A DNA stretch of 64,000 bases from an uncultured Bacteroidales bacterium (GCA_944322605.1 CALUPD010000040.1:9833-73832), one strand, 5' to 3'; counted from the stretch's first letter, positions 1 through 9,215 are shown. A program made the numbers and translations. Notes: generated by a model not told the origin, from the sequence alone.

Positions 1-648
1 CCGAGGGCATTTTGGGGATGACACCGCAGGATTAACTTCGTTGACCGCAAGCTGCGCCGCCTTTCGATCGCGCCTTTCCAGCCCCATGCCCAATCTTCGG
101 ACTCCGTTGCCCGCAGGCCGTGCCGCTCCTGAAGTCCTGAAGCTGCGGTATAAGGACATCATCCGTATGGCATCGGATGTAGAGGCGGCAAAGGCCGCTA
201 TCTTAACATAATCGGCCTGCTGCTTGACATATTCGGAGCAAATGCGTTCCAATACGTGGATTTCAGGGACTTTCTTGAAGTCATGATACGACATGACAAC
301 AGCGACGCCTTTGCTTTTAGCCCGCTCCACAAGAGGCATTTTCGCACTCTCGGGCCATTCCTCGCCGAAATCGACATAATCCGCCCCGGCGTCTATGCAG
401 AATCTCATATATTCCTCGGCCTTGCTCAATTCCCCCGCATCGGAAAGGCGGCACGTTGCCATGACAGGAACAGGATTGCCGCAGTACTTGGAATTCCTGC
501 ATTCGGATATGAGGTTACCCGTTTCTTGCATATCAACCGACAGCCTGTCGAGCCTGAGTTCGACGGCCTCGGCCTTTTTTATATCTTCGAAAACCGTTTC
601 CCGGTTTACCATGGATGTAAATATGATCTGCCTGTTATCCTTGAACAT
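1..648 (-). CDS. aroD: type I 3-dehydroquinate dehydratase (N-terminal part; ORF runs off the left edge of the window)
   Basis: My own minus-strand translation from the ATG at 646-648 gives MFKDNRQIIFTSMVNRETVFEDIKKAEAVELRLD...VVMSYHDFKKVPE...ADYVKIAAF. ELRLD, SYHDF and KIA are type I DHQase hallmarks. The frame stays open to position 1, so it is missing from the complete-ORF track. It lies directly downstream of aroB. The C-terminal part matches the family less well. Confidence 0.6.
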   Translation of the reverse strand, partial: MFKDNRQIIFTSMVNRETVFEDIKKAEAVELRLDRLSVDMQETGNLISECRNSKYCGNPVPVMATCRLSDAGELSKAEEYMRFCIDAGADYVDFGEEWPESAKMPLVERAKSKGVAVVMSYHDFKKVPEIHVLERICSEYVKQQADYVKIAAFAASTSDAIRMMSLYRSFRTSGAARPAGNGVRRLGMGLERRDRKAAQLAVNEVNPAVSSPKCPR

Positions 649-694
649 GTCGTCAAAATCCGCCGCCTTGCACGGCAAGGCGCAATAAAACCTT

Positions 695-1852
695 CTATTT
701 ATCCATGCCGCCTGCCATATCGTTTTGCACAAATCCGGCCAAGGCATTTGAACGGACAGGTTTGCCATGCCGCTTGCCGTATCCGCTTTGCACCCTTGCG
801 GCTAAATCATCCAATTCTTCAAGACTGATCCTACGGCATTCGGCGCGGCCCGGCGCAAGAAGCACGACGAAGTCGATGCCGTCCGCATGCGTTTTCTTGT
901 CATGCGCAATGTAATGCTTTAGTGATGTCAACGGAACGGGGCATTCCGTATAAAGCCCCATTCCTGAAAGTTCGCTTATTACCCTTTCCGTGTCTTCCGT
1001 TTCCATGCAGCCTGATTCCATGGAAATCCTTATAGCAGCCGCCATGCCTATGGAAACAGCATCGCCATGGGCTATCCTGCCGCCTTCCGATAAGATATGT
1101 TCCTCAAGAGCATGCCCGTAAGTATGCCCGAAATTAAGTATTTTGCGCCTGCCTTTTTCCGTCGGATCGCTGCCTGCCACGGAAAGCTTGATTTTCACGG
1201 CAGCAGCCACGAATTTTCCTATTCCGACAGATCTTATGTCGTTGCCGCAAGCTGAAACTTCCGATACTATGGAGCCGTACAAATCCTTATCCTGAATGAG
1301 TGCCGTCTTGACAAGTTCCGAAAAGCCCGACCTGTAATCGACGGGAGGGAGAGTATTCAGGAATTCCGGAACGATGAACACGAGGGAAGGCTGCGTTATA
1401 GTGCCTATCATGTTTTTGTACCCGCCGAAATTTACTCCTGTCTTTCCGCCTACAGAAGCGTCCGCCTGCGCAAGGAGAGTCGTCGGGATATTCACATAGC
1501 GGATTCCTCTCATGTATACCGAAGCCGCAAAGCCTCCTGTATCCGTAACCGTACCTCCTCCGACACAGACAAGGATGTCGTTCCGGCACGCATTTTTCCC
1601 AATCAGGAACGCGATGATCTTTTCTACCGTTCCAAGGCTTTTGTTCTTTTCGCAGGCATCCATGAAAAATACCGAATCTTCCGGAATGAACGCCAGCTTA
1701 TTCTTCCAAAGCCGGTACACGGCATGATCGGCAATATAAAAAAACCTCGGCCGCGTTTTCCCGATAAGGCATGCGGCCGATGCTTCAAATTCATCGGCGG
1801 ACGAAGCCATGACTACCCGTCCATTATCATTTGTTCCTATAACCTCAGCCAT
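695..1852 (-). CDS. aroB: 3-dehydroquinate synthase
   Basis: GGGTVTDTGGFAASVYMRGIRYVNIPTTLLAQADASVGGKTGVNF and HTYGHALE motifs. I moved the start to the ATG at 1850-1852 (MAEVIGT...) because the GTG-extended 5' part of the tracked ORF is encoded by intergenic repeat DNA. Confidence 0.9.
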   Translation of the reverse strand: MAEVIGTNDNGRVVMASSADEFEASAACLIGKTRPRFFYIADHAVYRLWKNKLAFIPEDSVFFMDACEKNKSLGTVEKIIAFLIGKNACRNDILVCVGGGTVTDTGGFAASVYMRGIRYVNIPTTLLAQADASVGGKTGVNFGGYKNMIGTITQPSLVFIVPEFLNTLPPVDYRSGFSELVKTALIQDKDLYGSIVSEVSACGNDIRSVGIGKFVAAAVKIKLSVAGSDPTEKGRRKILNFGHTYGHALEEHILSEGGRIAHGDAVSIGMAAAIRISMESGCMETEDTERVISELSGMGLYTECPVPLTSLKHYIAHDKKTHADGIDFVVLLAPGRAECRRISLEELDDLAARVQSGYGKRHGKPVRSNALAGFVQNDMAGGMDK

Positions 1853-1871
1853 ATTTGAATAATAACGTTTC

Positions 1872-1972
1872 CTCTTCGCTATAGCTCGCGGCAATAACCG
1901 CTGCGCCTCGGAAATTCCAGGCGGAAGCCGTTCAGGCGTTTTTCGCTGCGCGGCAATAACCGCTGCGCCGAG
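1872..1972. repeat. partial copies of the intergenic hairpin-repeat family (GCGGCAATAACCGCTGCGCC twice, plus CGGAAGCCGTTCAGGCGTTTTTCGC)
   Basis: Direct sequence match to the 130-bp unit of the array at 2567-3024, in the same orientation. Confidence 0.8.
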
Positions 1973-2072
1973 CTTGTATCGCGCCACGAAAGCCGTCCGG
2001 ATCTGATGTTTACTCCTCTTGTATCTTTCTTCTGTCTCTACTCCCTTGCCCCATGCTTCTGCATTCTGCTTC

Positions 2073-2127
2073 CTTGCCTTGCTTTTCTTGCTTTTCTTGC
2101 CTTTCTTGCCTTTCCTGCCTTTGCTGC
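2073..2127. repeat. 9-bp tandem repeat, about 5 units (CTTGCYTTT)
   Basis: TTGC recurs with exact 9-bp spacing at 2079, 2088, 2097, 2106 and 2115. Confidence 0.75.
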
Positions 2128-2566
2128 TCCTGTTGTCAATTCGTCAAATTATCCGTCCACGGCTATAATTTTTAACCTACTGATAATTAATAATATACGA
2201 TTCGCACTCGTGGAGAAATGCCATAAAAAAATACGATCAATCCACGCCTTGCTTTATTACAGCACTGATAATTAGCAAATTAAAAACAAAGAGCGTGGAC
2301 AAGTAATTTTAACTGGCACATACGGGCGTGACAAACACAAGAATTTGCAGGTCATGTCTTGAAAATGCAAGGACGCATTGGCTTTGAATGCATGGCAAAC
2401 CATACGCCGGGGTACGACATCTGGCAAAAGCCAGCCTGCGTGTCCAAGATTTCTGCTTAATTCAGGTCCGCTGCCACCCCACACGCAATCCTGCGCCCGG
2501 CAGGACACTTCAAGCTTGCCTGGACAGGCAAGCAAATCAACAGGACTTATCCTGCTGACCACCTTC

Positions 2567-3024
2567 GGGTCATTTCCGCTGCGCGGCAAGCCCCGTGCTC
2601 TCGGCTTGCTTATTTCCGCTTCGCTGTCGCTCACGGCAATAACCGCTTCGCCTAAGGCAGGCATCAAGGCTCGGAAGCCGTTCAGGCGTTTTTCGCGGGT
2701 CATTTCTGCTGCGCGGTAAGCCCCGTTGCACTCGGCTCGCTTATTTCCGCTTCGCTGTCGCTCACGGCAATAACCGCTGCGCCTAAGGCAGGCATCAAGG
2801 CTCGGAAGCCGTTCAGGCAGTTTTGCGGGTCATTTCCGCTTCGCATGCAAGCCTCTTGTTGCTCTCGGCTTGCTTATTTCCGCTTCGCTGTCGCTCGCGG
2901 CAATAACCGCTGCTCTCGGCTTGCTTATTTCCGCTTCGCTGTCGCTCGCGGCAATAACCGCTGCGCCTCGGCAGAACCCTCAAGCGAGCTTGGGGTTCTG
3001 CTCTCGGCTTGCGGGTTATTTTTC
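2567..3024. repeat. tandem array of a 130-bp unit (2 full copies plus a truncated one), followed by 2 copies of a 51-bp sub-unit and a terminal hairpin copy
   Basis: Units at 2567-2696 and 2697-2826 are near-identical. The sub-unit CTCTCGGCTTGCTTATTTCCGCTTCGCTGTCGCTCRCGGCAATAACCGCTG recurs 4 times. Each contains the imperfect hairpin TTATTTCCGC-N13-GCGGCAATAA. The last copy has the stem CAGAACCC/GGGTTCTG and overlaps the fklB-like stop codon. Confidence 0.85.
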
Positions 3025-3630
3025 AATCCCGATCAATTCGACATCAAAAATCAATGCGCTGTAAGGAGGTATCGCAGAGCCTGCGCCATGTTCTCCGTAT
3101 GCAAGGTCATAAGGGATATAAAGCCTCCATTTCGAACCGGTTTTCATGAGCTGCAAAGCTTCGACCCAGCCTTGGATTACCTGGCTTACGCCGAATACGG
3201 CAGGTTCTCCCCTTCTGTATGAAGAGTCGAAAACCGTCCCGTCTATCAATGTGCCTTCATAATGGCATTTGACCCTGTCCTTAGGACCCGGGACCGCGCC
3301 GGTCCCTTCCTTTATCACTTCATATTGCAAGCCGCTCGGAAGCACTGTCACTGATGCTTTCTTCGCATTTTCGGCAAGGAATTTTTCTCCGGCCTCGCTG
3401 AGCTTTTTTGCCTCCTCGGCATGCATGTCCTTGAAAAATTTATCCAGGACATCATTGGCCTGGTCAACCGACATCTTCGGCTCCCTGTTTTCGATCACTG
3501 TTTTGAAAGCATCGAAAAAATCATCGGCATTGATAGATGAGACATTATTATGCCTGAGATTATTGGCAATCGACATGCCGAGCGCGTAACTTACTTTATC
3601 CATATCGTTATTGGTTTTAATATGCCGCAA
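3016..3630 (-). CDS. FKBP-type peptidyl-prolyl cis-trans isomerase
   Basis: C-terminal FKBP domain: YEGTLIDGTVFDSSYRRGEPAVFGVSQVIQGWVEALQLMKTGSKWRLYIPYDLAYGEHG. The true start may be the internal MDKVSYALG (3603). Confidence 0.85.
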   Translation of the reverse strand: MRHIKTNNDMDKVSYALGMSIANNLRHNNVSSINADDFFDAFKTVIENREPKMSVDQANDVLDKFFKDMHAEEAKKLSEAGEKFLAENAKKASVTVLPSGLQYEVIKEGTGAVPGPKDRVKCHYEGTLIDGTVFDSSYRRGEPAVFGVSQVIQGWVEALQLMKTGSKWRLYIPYDLAYGEHGAGSAIPPYSALIFDVELIGIEK

Positions 3631-3711
3631 AGGGCTGAACGTACTATATTAATAAATGCTGCAAGCACCTTGCAATCATCGCTTTGAATGCATGCAGGCT
3701 GAACATGCCAT

Positions 3712-3759
3712 ATTAATAAATGCCTCCCGCTATGCGCAAACCGGCAGACGGGAGGCATT
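3712..3759 (-). terminator. rho-independent terminator after the dsbD-like gene
   Basis: 11-bp stem AATGCCTCCCG/CGGGAGGCATT (3719-3729 / 3749-3759), followed on the minus strand by TTTATTAATA. Confidence 0.6.
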
Positions 3760-3779
3760 TGCCATTATTCCTTTAATCG

Positions 3780-5807
3780 TTATTTGTTGTAGTTTTCAAG
3801 TCCTGTCTTGAGGAATTCCACGAATTCCGCCACATCCAAATTATATCCTCTTCCAGGAGCAAGGTATTCGCCTGTTTCCGCGTCAAGCAGTATATAATAA
3901 GGCTGGGCATTCACGTTATAGTTCTTTTCGGAAATATACGAGTTGATTTTGCCCAATGTCTTCAAGACCCTGCCATTATCAGTCGTTATCCAGTCTTCTT
4001 TATCGACAGTCATTTTATCATCTGCATAAAGGGCCAGAACGACATAATCCTCTTTAAGCATTTTAAGCACTTGCGGGTCGGACCATACCCTTGATTCCAT
4101 TTCCCTGCAATTCGTGCATGCATGGCCGGAAAAGTCTATGAACAACGGTTTTCCTGCCTTTCTTGCAGCTTCGAGGCCCTCTTCATAATCGAAATAGCCC
4201 GGAATTCCGAGAGGCATTTTCAATTTGTCCCCGTATTTTACCTGAACCGTGTTTTCAGGCACGGCCGCAGACGCCGTTCCTCCAGACGTAAGCACGAAAT
4301 CCTGGGTTGTCATAGGAGGAAGATAGCCTGACAATGCTTTCAAAGGAGCTCCGAACATGCCCGGAATCATGTAAACCACGAACGAGAACACTATTATCGC
4401 AAGGGTAAGCCTTGTTACCGAAACATGTTCAACAGGAGAATCGTTCGCGAACTTGATTTTGCCGAGAAGGTAAAGTCCCAAAAGCGAGAATACTACAATC
4501 CAAATAGCAAGGTATACTTCCCTGTCGAGCAAGCCCCAATGGTATGTCATGTCCGCTATGTTCAGGAATTTGAATCCCAAAGCCACTTCTATGAAACCGA
4601 GGACTACCTTGACTGAATTAAGCCATCCGCCTGATTTCGGAAGGTTCTTCAAAAGCGAAGGAGCAAATGCGAATACTGTGAACGGAAGCGCAAACGCAAC
4701 CGAGAATGCAAACATCGTAATGATAGGCTCCCATATGTTTCCGCCCTGGGTAGCTTCTATGAGCACTGATCCGACGATAGGACCGGTACATGAGAACGAC
4801 ACGAGAACCAGCGTAAGGGCCATGAAGAATATACCGCCAAGACCGCCCTTATCCGATTTGGAATCCGTCTTGTTCACCCATTTGCTCGGCATCGTGATTT
4901 CGAACGCGCCGAAGAACGAAGCGGCGAATACCATGAATATTATGAAGAACAATATATTCGGAAGCCAGTGCGTTGCAAGCCAGTTGAAAATGTCCGCCGT
5001 AACGGAAGCACCGCCGGCAAAATACGTAACCAATATTATTATCGCTATAGGCAACGTGTACAACGCCACGATTGAAATGCCGAAAGCCGTAGCCATCCAC
5101 CTTCCTCTCGCCTTGGAAAATCCGTCGCTCTGGTTCTTTTTAAGGAAAAACGACACAGTCATAGGGACCATCGGGAACACGCAAGGAGTCAGCAGCATCA
5201 CGAAGCCCCACATAACGGCTTTCAGTATTATGCTCCAAAGAGACCCCGTAGGAGCAGCGACCGCATTGGCCACAGATCCCGAATCTCCTGCTGAAACAAC
5301 GCTCTCCGAAGACCCTGACACAGGGGCTACCGCAGCGAGTTTTCCTTTACCGGCAGGCAATGCCACGGAAAGTTCCTCGTCCACCATCATGCACATGCCT
5401 TCCTTGCAAACCTGACCTTCGATTATTGCCAAAATTTCCGATTCCTTGTCAGTGGTAAGCTCTATCTTCTGTCCGAAAATGATTTCATTCTCGCAATACC
5501 CGATTTCCATTTCGAACATTTCGTCATAATCACGAAGGATTTCGGTTTTGATATACGGCTTGCCGAGCAGGTTCGCCTTGCCGTCCGTCTCGAAAGTTAT
5601 CGCAGCCGGAATAGGTCCGTCAACATACGGTCCGAAATCATACATATGCCAATGAGCCTCAAGAGCCCCCTCTAGAAGAACCTCATATGTATTTCCTTCT
5701 ATATGAGACACTTTGCTACTCCATTTGATAGGCTGTTCGACCATCTGCGCGAACGCGGTCCCGCAAACCAGCGCAAACAGCGCGAATACGAGTGCTAACT
5801 TTTTCAT
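3780..5807 (-). CDS. dsbD: thiol:disulfide interchange protein, DsbD family (N-terminal domain, multi-TM core, C-terminal thioredoxin fold)
   Basis: Signal peptide, about 8 hydrophobic helices including TPCVFPMVPM and SFSCTGPIVG, and a C-terminal thioredoxin-like FIDFSGHACTNCREME CxxC motif. Confidence 0.85.
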   Translation of the reverse strand: MKKLALVFALFALVCGTAFAQMVEQPIKWSSKVSHIEGNTYEVLLEGALEAHWHMYDFGPYVDGPIPAAITFETDGKANLLGKPYIKTEILRDYDEMFEMEIGYCENEIIFGQKIELTTDKESEILAIIEGQVCKEGMCMMVDEELSVALPAGKGKLAAVAPVSGSSESVVSAGDSGSVANAVAAPTGSLWSIILKAVMWGFVMLLTPCVFPMVPMTVSFFLKKNQSDGFSKARGRWMATAFGISIVALYTLPIAIIILVTYFAGGASVTADIFNWLATHWLPNILFFIIFMVFAASFFGAFEITMPSKWVNKTDSKSDKGGLGGIFFMALTLVLVSFSCTGPIVGSVLIEATQGGNIWEPIITMFAFSVAFALPFTVFAFAPSLLKNLPKSGGWLNSVKVVLGFIEVALGFKFLNIADMTYHWGLLDREVYLAIWIVVFSLLGLYLLGKIKFANDSPVEHVSVTRLTLAIIVFSFVVYMIPGMFGAPLKALSGYLPPMTTQDFVLTSGGTASAAVPENTVQVKYGDKLKMPLGIPGYFDYEEGLEAARKAGKPLFIDFSGHACTNCREMESRVWSDPQVLKMLKEDYVVLALYADDKMTVDKEDWITTDNGRVLKTLGKINSYISEKNYNVNAQPYYILLDAETGEYLAPGRGYNLDVAEFVEFLKTGLENYNK

Positions 5808-5892
5808 TATAAAATTTTTAAGTTATATTGTTAACAGTTTATGATTTGCAAATATACGATTATATCGCTTTCTTTCTATTACTTATGCCATT

Positions 5893-6213
5893 TTATTTCT
5901 CTTTGTCCCTGCTTCCGTCGAAAAAACAGCCGAACAATCCGCGCGCCTCTTCCCAGTTTTCACGGTTTATGCAATACTTGATTTTCGGAGCCTCTATTTC
6001 TCCTTGAATAAGCCCGGCTTTCCGCAATTCCTTCAGATGCTGCGAAGCCGTGGCCTTGCATATTGGAAGTTCCTCGTGCACGTCTCCGAAACAACAATTG
6101 CTCTGCTTCTCCAAAAATTGCAGGATCGCAATACGCGCAGGATGCCCCAACGCTTTCGCATAACGCGCAAGCTTCTCTTGTTCAACCGTATAACCCTTAC
6201 CTACCATATTCAA
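5893..6213 (-). CDS. ArsR/SmtB family transcriptional regulator
   Basis: LAKALGHPARIAILQFL ... CCFGDVHEELPICKATASQHLKELRKAGLI winged-HTH signature. Confidence 0.8.
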   Translation of the reverse strand: MNMVGKGYTVEQEKLARYAKALGHPARIAILQFLEKQSNCCFGDVHEELPICKATASQHLKELRKAGLIQGEIEAPKIKYCINRENWEEARGLFGCFFDGSRDKEK

Positions 6214-6249
6214 TACGTTTTTCTGTTCGCAAATTTACAAACATTTTGT

Positions 6250-6297
6250 AAAATACCAAACGGAATATGCAGCCGTTTGCGCCCTGCATATTCCGTT
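6250..6297 (-). terminator. strong rho-independent terminator closing the lipoprotein operon
   Basis: Perfect 14-bp stem AACGGAATATGCAG/CTGCATATTCCGTT (6259-6272 / 6284-6297), followed on the minus strand by TGGTATTTT. Confidence 0.7.
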
Positions 6298-6336
6298 CAT
6301 GAAAAATCATTACAGCTTACACAAAAAAGAAACGAA

Positions 6337-7707
6337 TCAATCTATATTTATAAACCAATGCGGGAACTGCGTTCCTAATGCGGAAGTTCTGACCTTCCTG
6401 CCCTGCATTGTTTTGCCATCGCTGCTGATACGCTCGACCCACCTGTTATCGGAAATGCTTATGCCGTGCACGCGCCTCATCCATTCGGACAAGGACTCCG
6501 TTACGCCCGTATTGAAATCGCTGACAAAACCGGATGACGACAACATCGTAGGAGTAAACCCGAATACGACCGCATCGTCCGTCACGGCAGCTCCGCCGCA
6601 ATTGGCCGCGCTTTCCATATACCTGAAAATTCCAGTTTCAGTATCGACAAGAGCCGGGTAATCGACACCGTCTTTCGTATATATTGCGGTAATATACCGC
6701 CCGCTGTTGCTTATGTTCCCATAAGAAGCATGGATATATATAATCGATTTCACAGAGCCGTCGCTGCCTGCCTCGCTGTTTTCGATCCCCACGTTATGAA
6801 GTTTTTCGTCCTTGTAATATACAAGCCCGAAAGTATTCCATTCGGAACCGAATATGACAGAACCGTCGGCAGAGCACCCCCTCAAATAGACCCCGTTCCA
6901 CAAAGGATTGCCAGCTGCATCTCTTTCAGGCATATCGAGAATGACATGTTCCCCGTTGACCCATTTGCACGGCACTGCGGCATTATAGACAGAGCCGTCC
7001 TCCACGCAACCTCCTACAATCACATTGCCGTCGGCAGACATTCCGGTAATCCATGGAGAAGAATAACCGGGCCTGCATGATACCGGAGTCCTTATGCCGT
7101 CAACATACAGTTCGTTGGTCACTCCCGACTCGCTTCCGATGATCAATACACGGCCATCGTCGCTAATTGCGAACACATGATCGTATATGCCTCCTATGGA
7201 AGGAATTTCCAATTCGATCTCCCTGACCTCCCCTGTCTCGAAATCAAGCACGAAACATTCATCGTCAAAATCATTCTCGTTTATGAGAAACGTATTGACA
7301 TATGCCAGATACTTTCCGTTTTTTGAAATGGAGCCTTTTCTTGTAGGCCAAAAATCCATGAATGTCCCCCTGAACAATGCAGGCATCTGATATACGGCGA
7401 GATCCGACTTGGCAGTCCCTGCCGAGAACAGGATTTTTCCACCAAGGCTGTTTTCCGTATTATTTTCATCGACACGTATGTAAGCCGTATCTCCGGCTTT
7501 CCGTACATGGATAAAATCCTTGCTCGGCACGGCCTCCCATTCTCCGGCATTGGTTTCCACGACTACCGCGACACTGTCATCCCCGGTATAATCGAACGTA
7601 TATTCCACTACCGAAAGGTTTATATAATCCAATCCTGCCTCTTTATTGCATGACGGCAAAACGAGCAGAAGCGCCAAAATCGTTATCGCATATGTTGTAT
7701 TTTTCAT
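6337..7707 (-). CDS. surface lipoprotein, BACON-like N-terminal domain plus SxDG-repeat (beta-propeller / HAF-like) region, function unknown
   Basis: Lipobox LLVLPSC. BACON-like pattern EWEAVPSKDFIHVRKAGDTAYIRVDENNTENSLGGKILFSAGTAKSDLAVYQ. Repeated ISDDGRVLIIGS / MSADGNVIVGG / CSADGSVIFGS / ISSDGKTMQG. Confidence 0.6.
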   Translation of the reverse strand: MKNTTYAITILALLLVLPSCNKEAGLDYINLSVVEYTFDYTGDDSVAVVVETNAGEWEAVPSKDFIHVRKAGDTAYIRVDENNTENSLGGKILFSAGTAKSDLAVYQMPALFRGTFMDFWPTRKGSISKNGKYLAYVNTFLINENDFDDECFVLDFETGEVREIELEIPSIGGIYDHVFAISDDGRVLIIGSESGVTNELYVDGIRTPVSCRPGYSSPWITGMSADGNVIVGGCVEDGSVYNAAVPCKWVNGEHVILDMPERDAAGNPLWNGVYLRGCSADGSVIFGSEWNTFGLVYYKDEKLHNVGIENSEAGSDGSVKSIIYIHASYGNISNSGRYITAIYTKDGVDYPALVDTETGIFRYMESAANCGGAAVTDDAVVFGFTPTMLSSSGFVSDFNTGVTESLSEWMRRVHGISISDNRWVERISSDGKTMQGRKVRTSALGTQFPHWFINID

Positions 7708-7817
7708 ATTGGTTTTATATTAAGTGATTTACAAATCCGACGACCGGACAAAACCCTGCATAATCAGTCATCCGGCAGCCATCTTTAAATAACCTTATGG
7801 ATTGAGCGGGCCATGGA

Positions 7818-9215
7818 TCATTCCGGCAATGTCCTGTATTCCACAAGAGTGGTTTTTCCCCAACCGCCTTCGCGAGGACCGTTTGCATTGAAAGGCACAG
7901 CCGCCGCATAATATCTGAAATCCGGAAGCCCTGAAGTCTCCGCCCATGTATAAGAACCGTTCCCGTAATGCAGATAACCGGTTGCATTATTCTCCGAATA
8001 ATTCGAAAGGAATGTTTCAGCAAGGAAATACTCTGACATTTCAGGATCTCTTTCTTTCAGATCATCGTACCAGTCGGCCTCGACAGTCTCATAAAAATAC
8101 CCCAAAGCGGTTTGGTCCGCAGCAATGCCGTAAACCGCGCCTCCGGAGGTTATTCCGGATATTTCAATATTTACAGGATTCGGGATTTCCAGGCCCTCAT
8201 CGAAAGAAGGCGTTGACAAAGGGAAATATTTGACCCCGGCTATTTCATCATTCTTATCATATATTGACACGTACAAATCCACAGGTTGATCATTAAGCAT
8301 GCGGCTTGTAACCATTGTCATAGAGACAGGAGTTCCGCCGTAAGACTCTAACGTATGGAAATTCGTAGTAGACCACGAATCAAGCATCAGCACAAAATCA
8401 TTATAAAAACCGGTAGGACATATCAGCTGGACCGTACCGGACTCCGAAACAGACAGAATGACCCTTCCGCACAGATCATTTGGCTCTGCCGAATAAGTTC
8501 CCTGATAAACATCTATTTCCGAAGATATGGAAACATTCGGACATTCCTCGGGAGAAAAAGTTCTTATAGGAATTTCCCATAGTCTCGTTTCAGAGCCCCT
8601 GCGATCTTCAGCCACGGCAAAAAACACGTATTCCGTTTCAGGGTCGAGATCGAAATAATTGACGCACTCGTATTCCAAAACCTCCGTGCAATAGTTCCCT
8701 TCTATCTCGCCCGAAAGGAAAGAATCGCGGTCAGATGCCTTTCCCAAATAATAACGGCATTGGTAGATTTCCTCGGTCATGGACAGCCTGAAGCCTGCTG
8801 AAACGTCCAAGACGTATTGAAGCTCCGCCTTGAACCTCGAATCAGCAGTAGAGACTTTCAAAACGCTTATCCCGCCGCTGTTTCCTTTGCGGTCATAAGA
8901 CCTTGCATAGACGGAATATATAGATACCGGATCAAGGTCGGTAAAAATCGCTTCGAGTTCCGAATTTCCATCAACGGAAAGGATACCGGACATGGTTCCG
9001 GATGAAAAAGCCTCAATGTCTTCCGGAAAGCCGATTGCATATTCAAACCTCGCCGTAGCTTCATTTGGAGAAAACAGAACTTTTACGGCAGTGCTGTCGT
9101 CATAATCCAATGCGGAAATCCCGACTTTCGCCTCAACCTGCCCCTCTTCGATTTTCTCACAACCGAACACGGCCAATGCCGACATGCATATGCATGAAAA
9201 TATGATTTTTCTCAT
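7818..9215 (-). CDS. surface lipoprotein with Fn3-like repeats, function unknown
   Basis: Signal peptide plus lipobox ALAVFGC. Repeated beta-sandwich pattern (LDPVSIYSVYARSYDRKGN, LDPETEYVFFAVAEDRRGS). Confidence 0.55.
   Translation of the reverse strand: MRKIIFSCICMSALAVFGCEKIEEGQVEAKVGISALDYDDSTAVKVLFSPNEATARFEYAIGFPEDIEAFSSGTMSGILSVDGNSELEAIFTDLDPVSIYSVYARSYDRKGNSGGISVLKVSTADSRFKAELQYVLDVSAGFRLSMTEEIYQCRYYLGKASDRDSFLSGEIEGNYCTEVLEYECVNYFDLDPETEYVFFAVAEDRRGSETRLWEIPIRTFSPEECPNVSISSEIDVYQGTYSAEPNDLCGRVILSVSESGTVQLICPTGFYNDFVLMLDSWSTTNFHTLESYGGTPVSMTMVTSRMLNDQPVDLYVSIYDKNDEIAGVKYFPLSTPSFDEGLEIPNPVNIEISGITSGGAVYGIAADQTALGYFYETVEADWYDDLKERDPEMSEYFLAETFLSNYSENNATGYLHYGNGSYTWAETSGLPDFRYYAAAVPFNANGPREGGWGKTTLVEYRTLPE

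Noticed and set aside
256-828. 190-aa + strand ORF (GTG start) at the left end
   Set aside because: It is Arg/His/Pro-rich with no recognisable motif. It lies antisense to a much better reading frame that carries aroD (type I dehydroquinase) motifs and runs off the window edge.
1853-1987. N-terminal 45-aa extension of the aroB ORF
   Set aside because: The extension (GAAVIAAQRKTPERLPPGISEAQRLLPRAIAKRKR) is encoded by intergenic repeat copies and starts at a GTG. The ATG at 1852 gives a normal-length AroB.
2140-2566. RNase P RNA, SRP RNA, tmRNA or a cobalamin riboswitch in the unique core
   Set aside because: I could not find the conserved cores I know on either strand: GAGGAAAGUCC, GGAAGGAAGCAGC, the tmRNA acceptor/T-arm ends, and the GCCACUG B12 box.
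2567-3024. Possible CRISPR array, suggested by the regularly spaced ~51-bp repeats
   Set aside because: The sequences between the repeats are themselves repeated, as parts of a 130-bp tandem unit. Spacing is irregular (130, 130, ~86, 51), there are no unique spacers, and the window has no cas genes.
2272-3222. ORFs 2272-2703(-), 2378-2719(+), 2845-3222(+) and 2870-3064(+)
   Set aside because: These are translations of tandem repeat DNA (reiterated LISASLSLAAITAA and RLAYFRFAVARGNNRC). They have no start context and overlap one another in several frames.
4549-5415. 288-aa + strand ORF
   Set aside because: It lies entirely antisense within the well-supported dsbD gene. The sequence is low complexity with no motifs.
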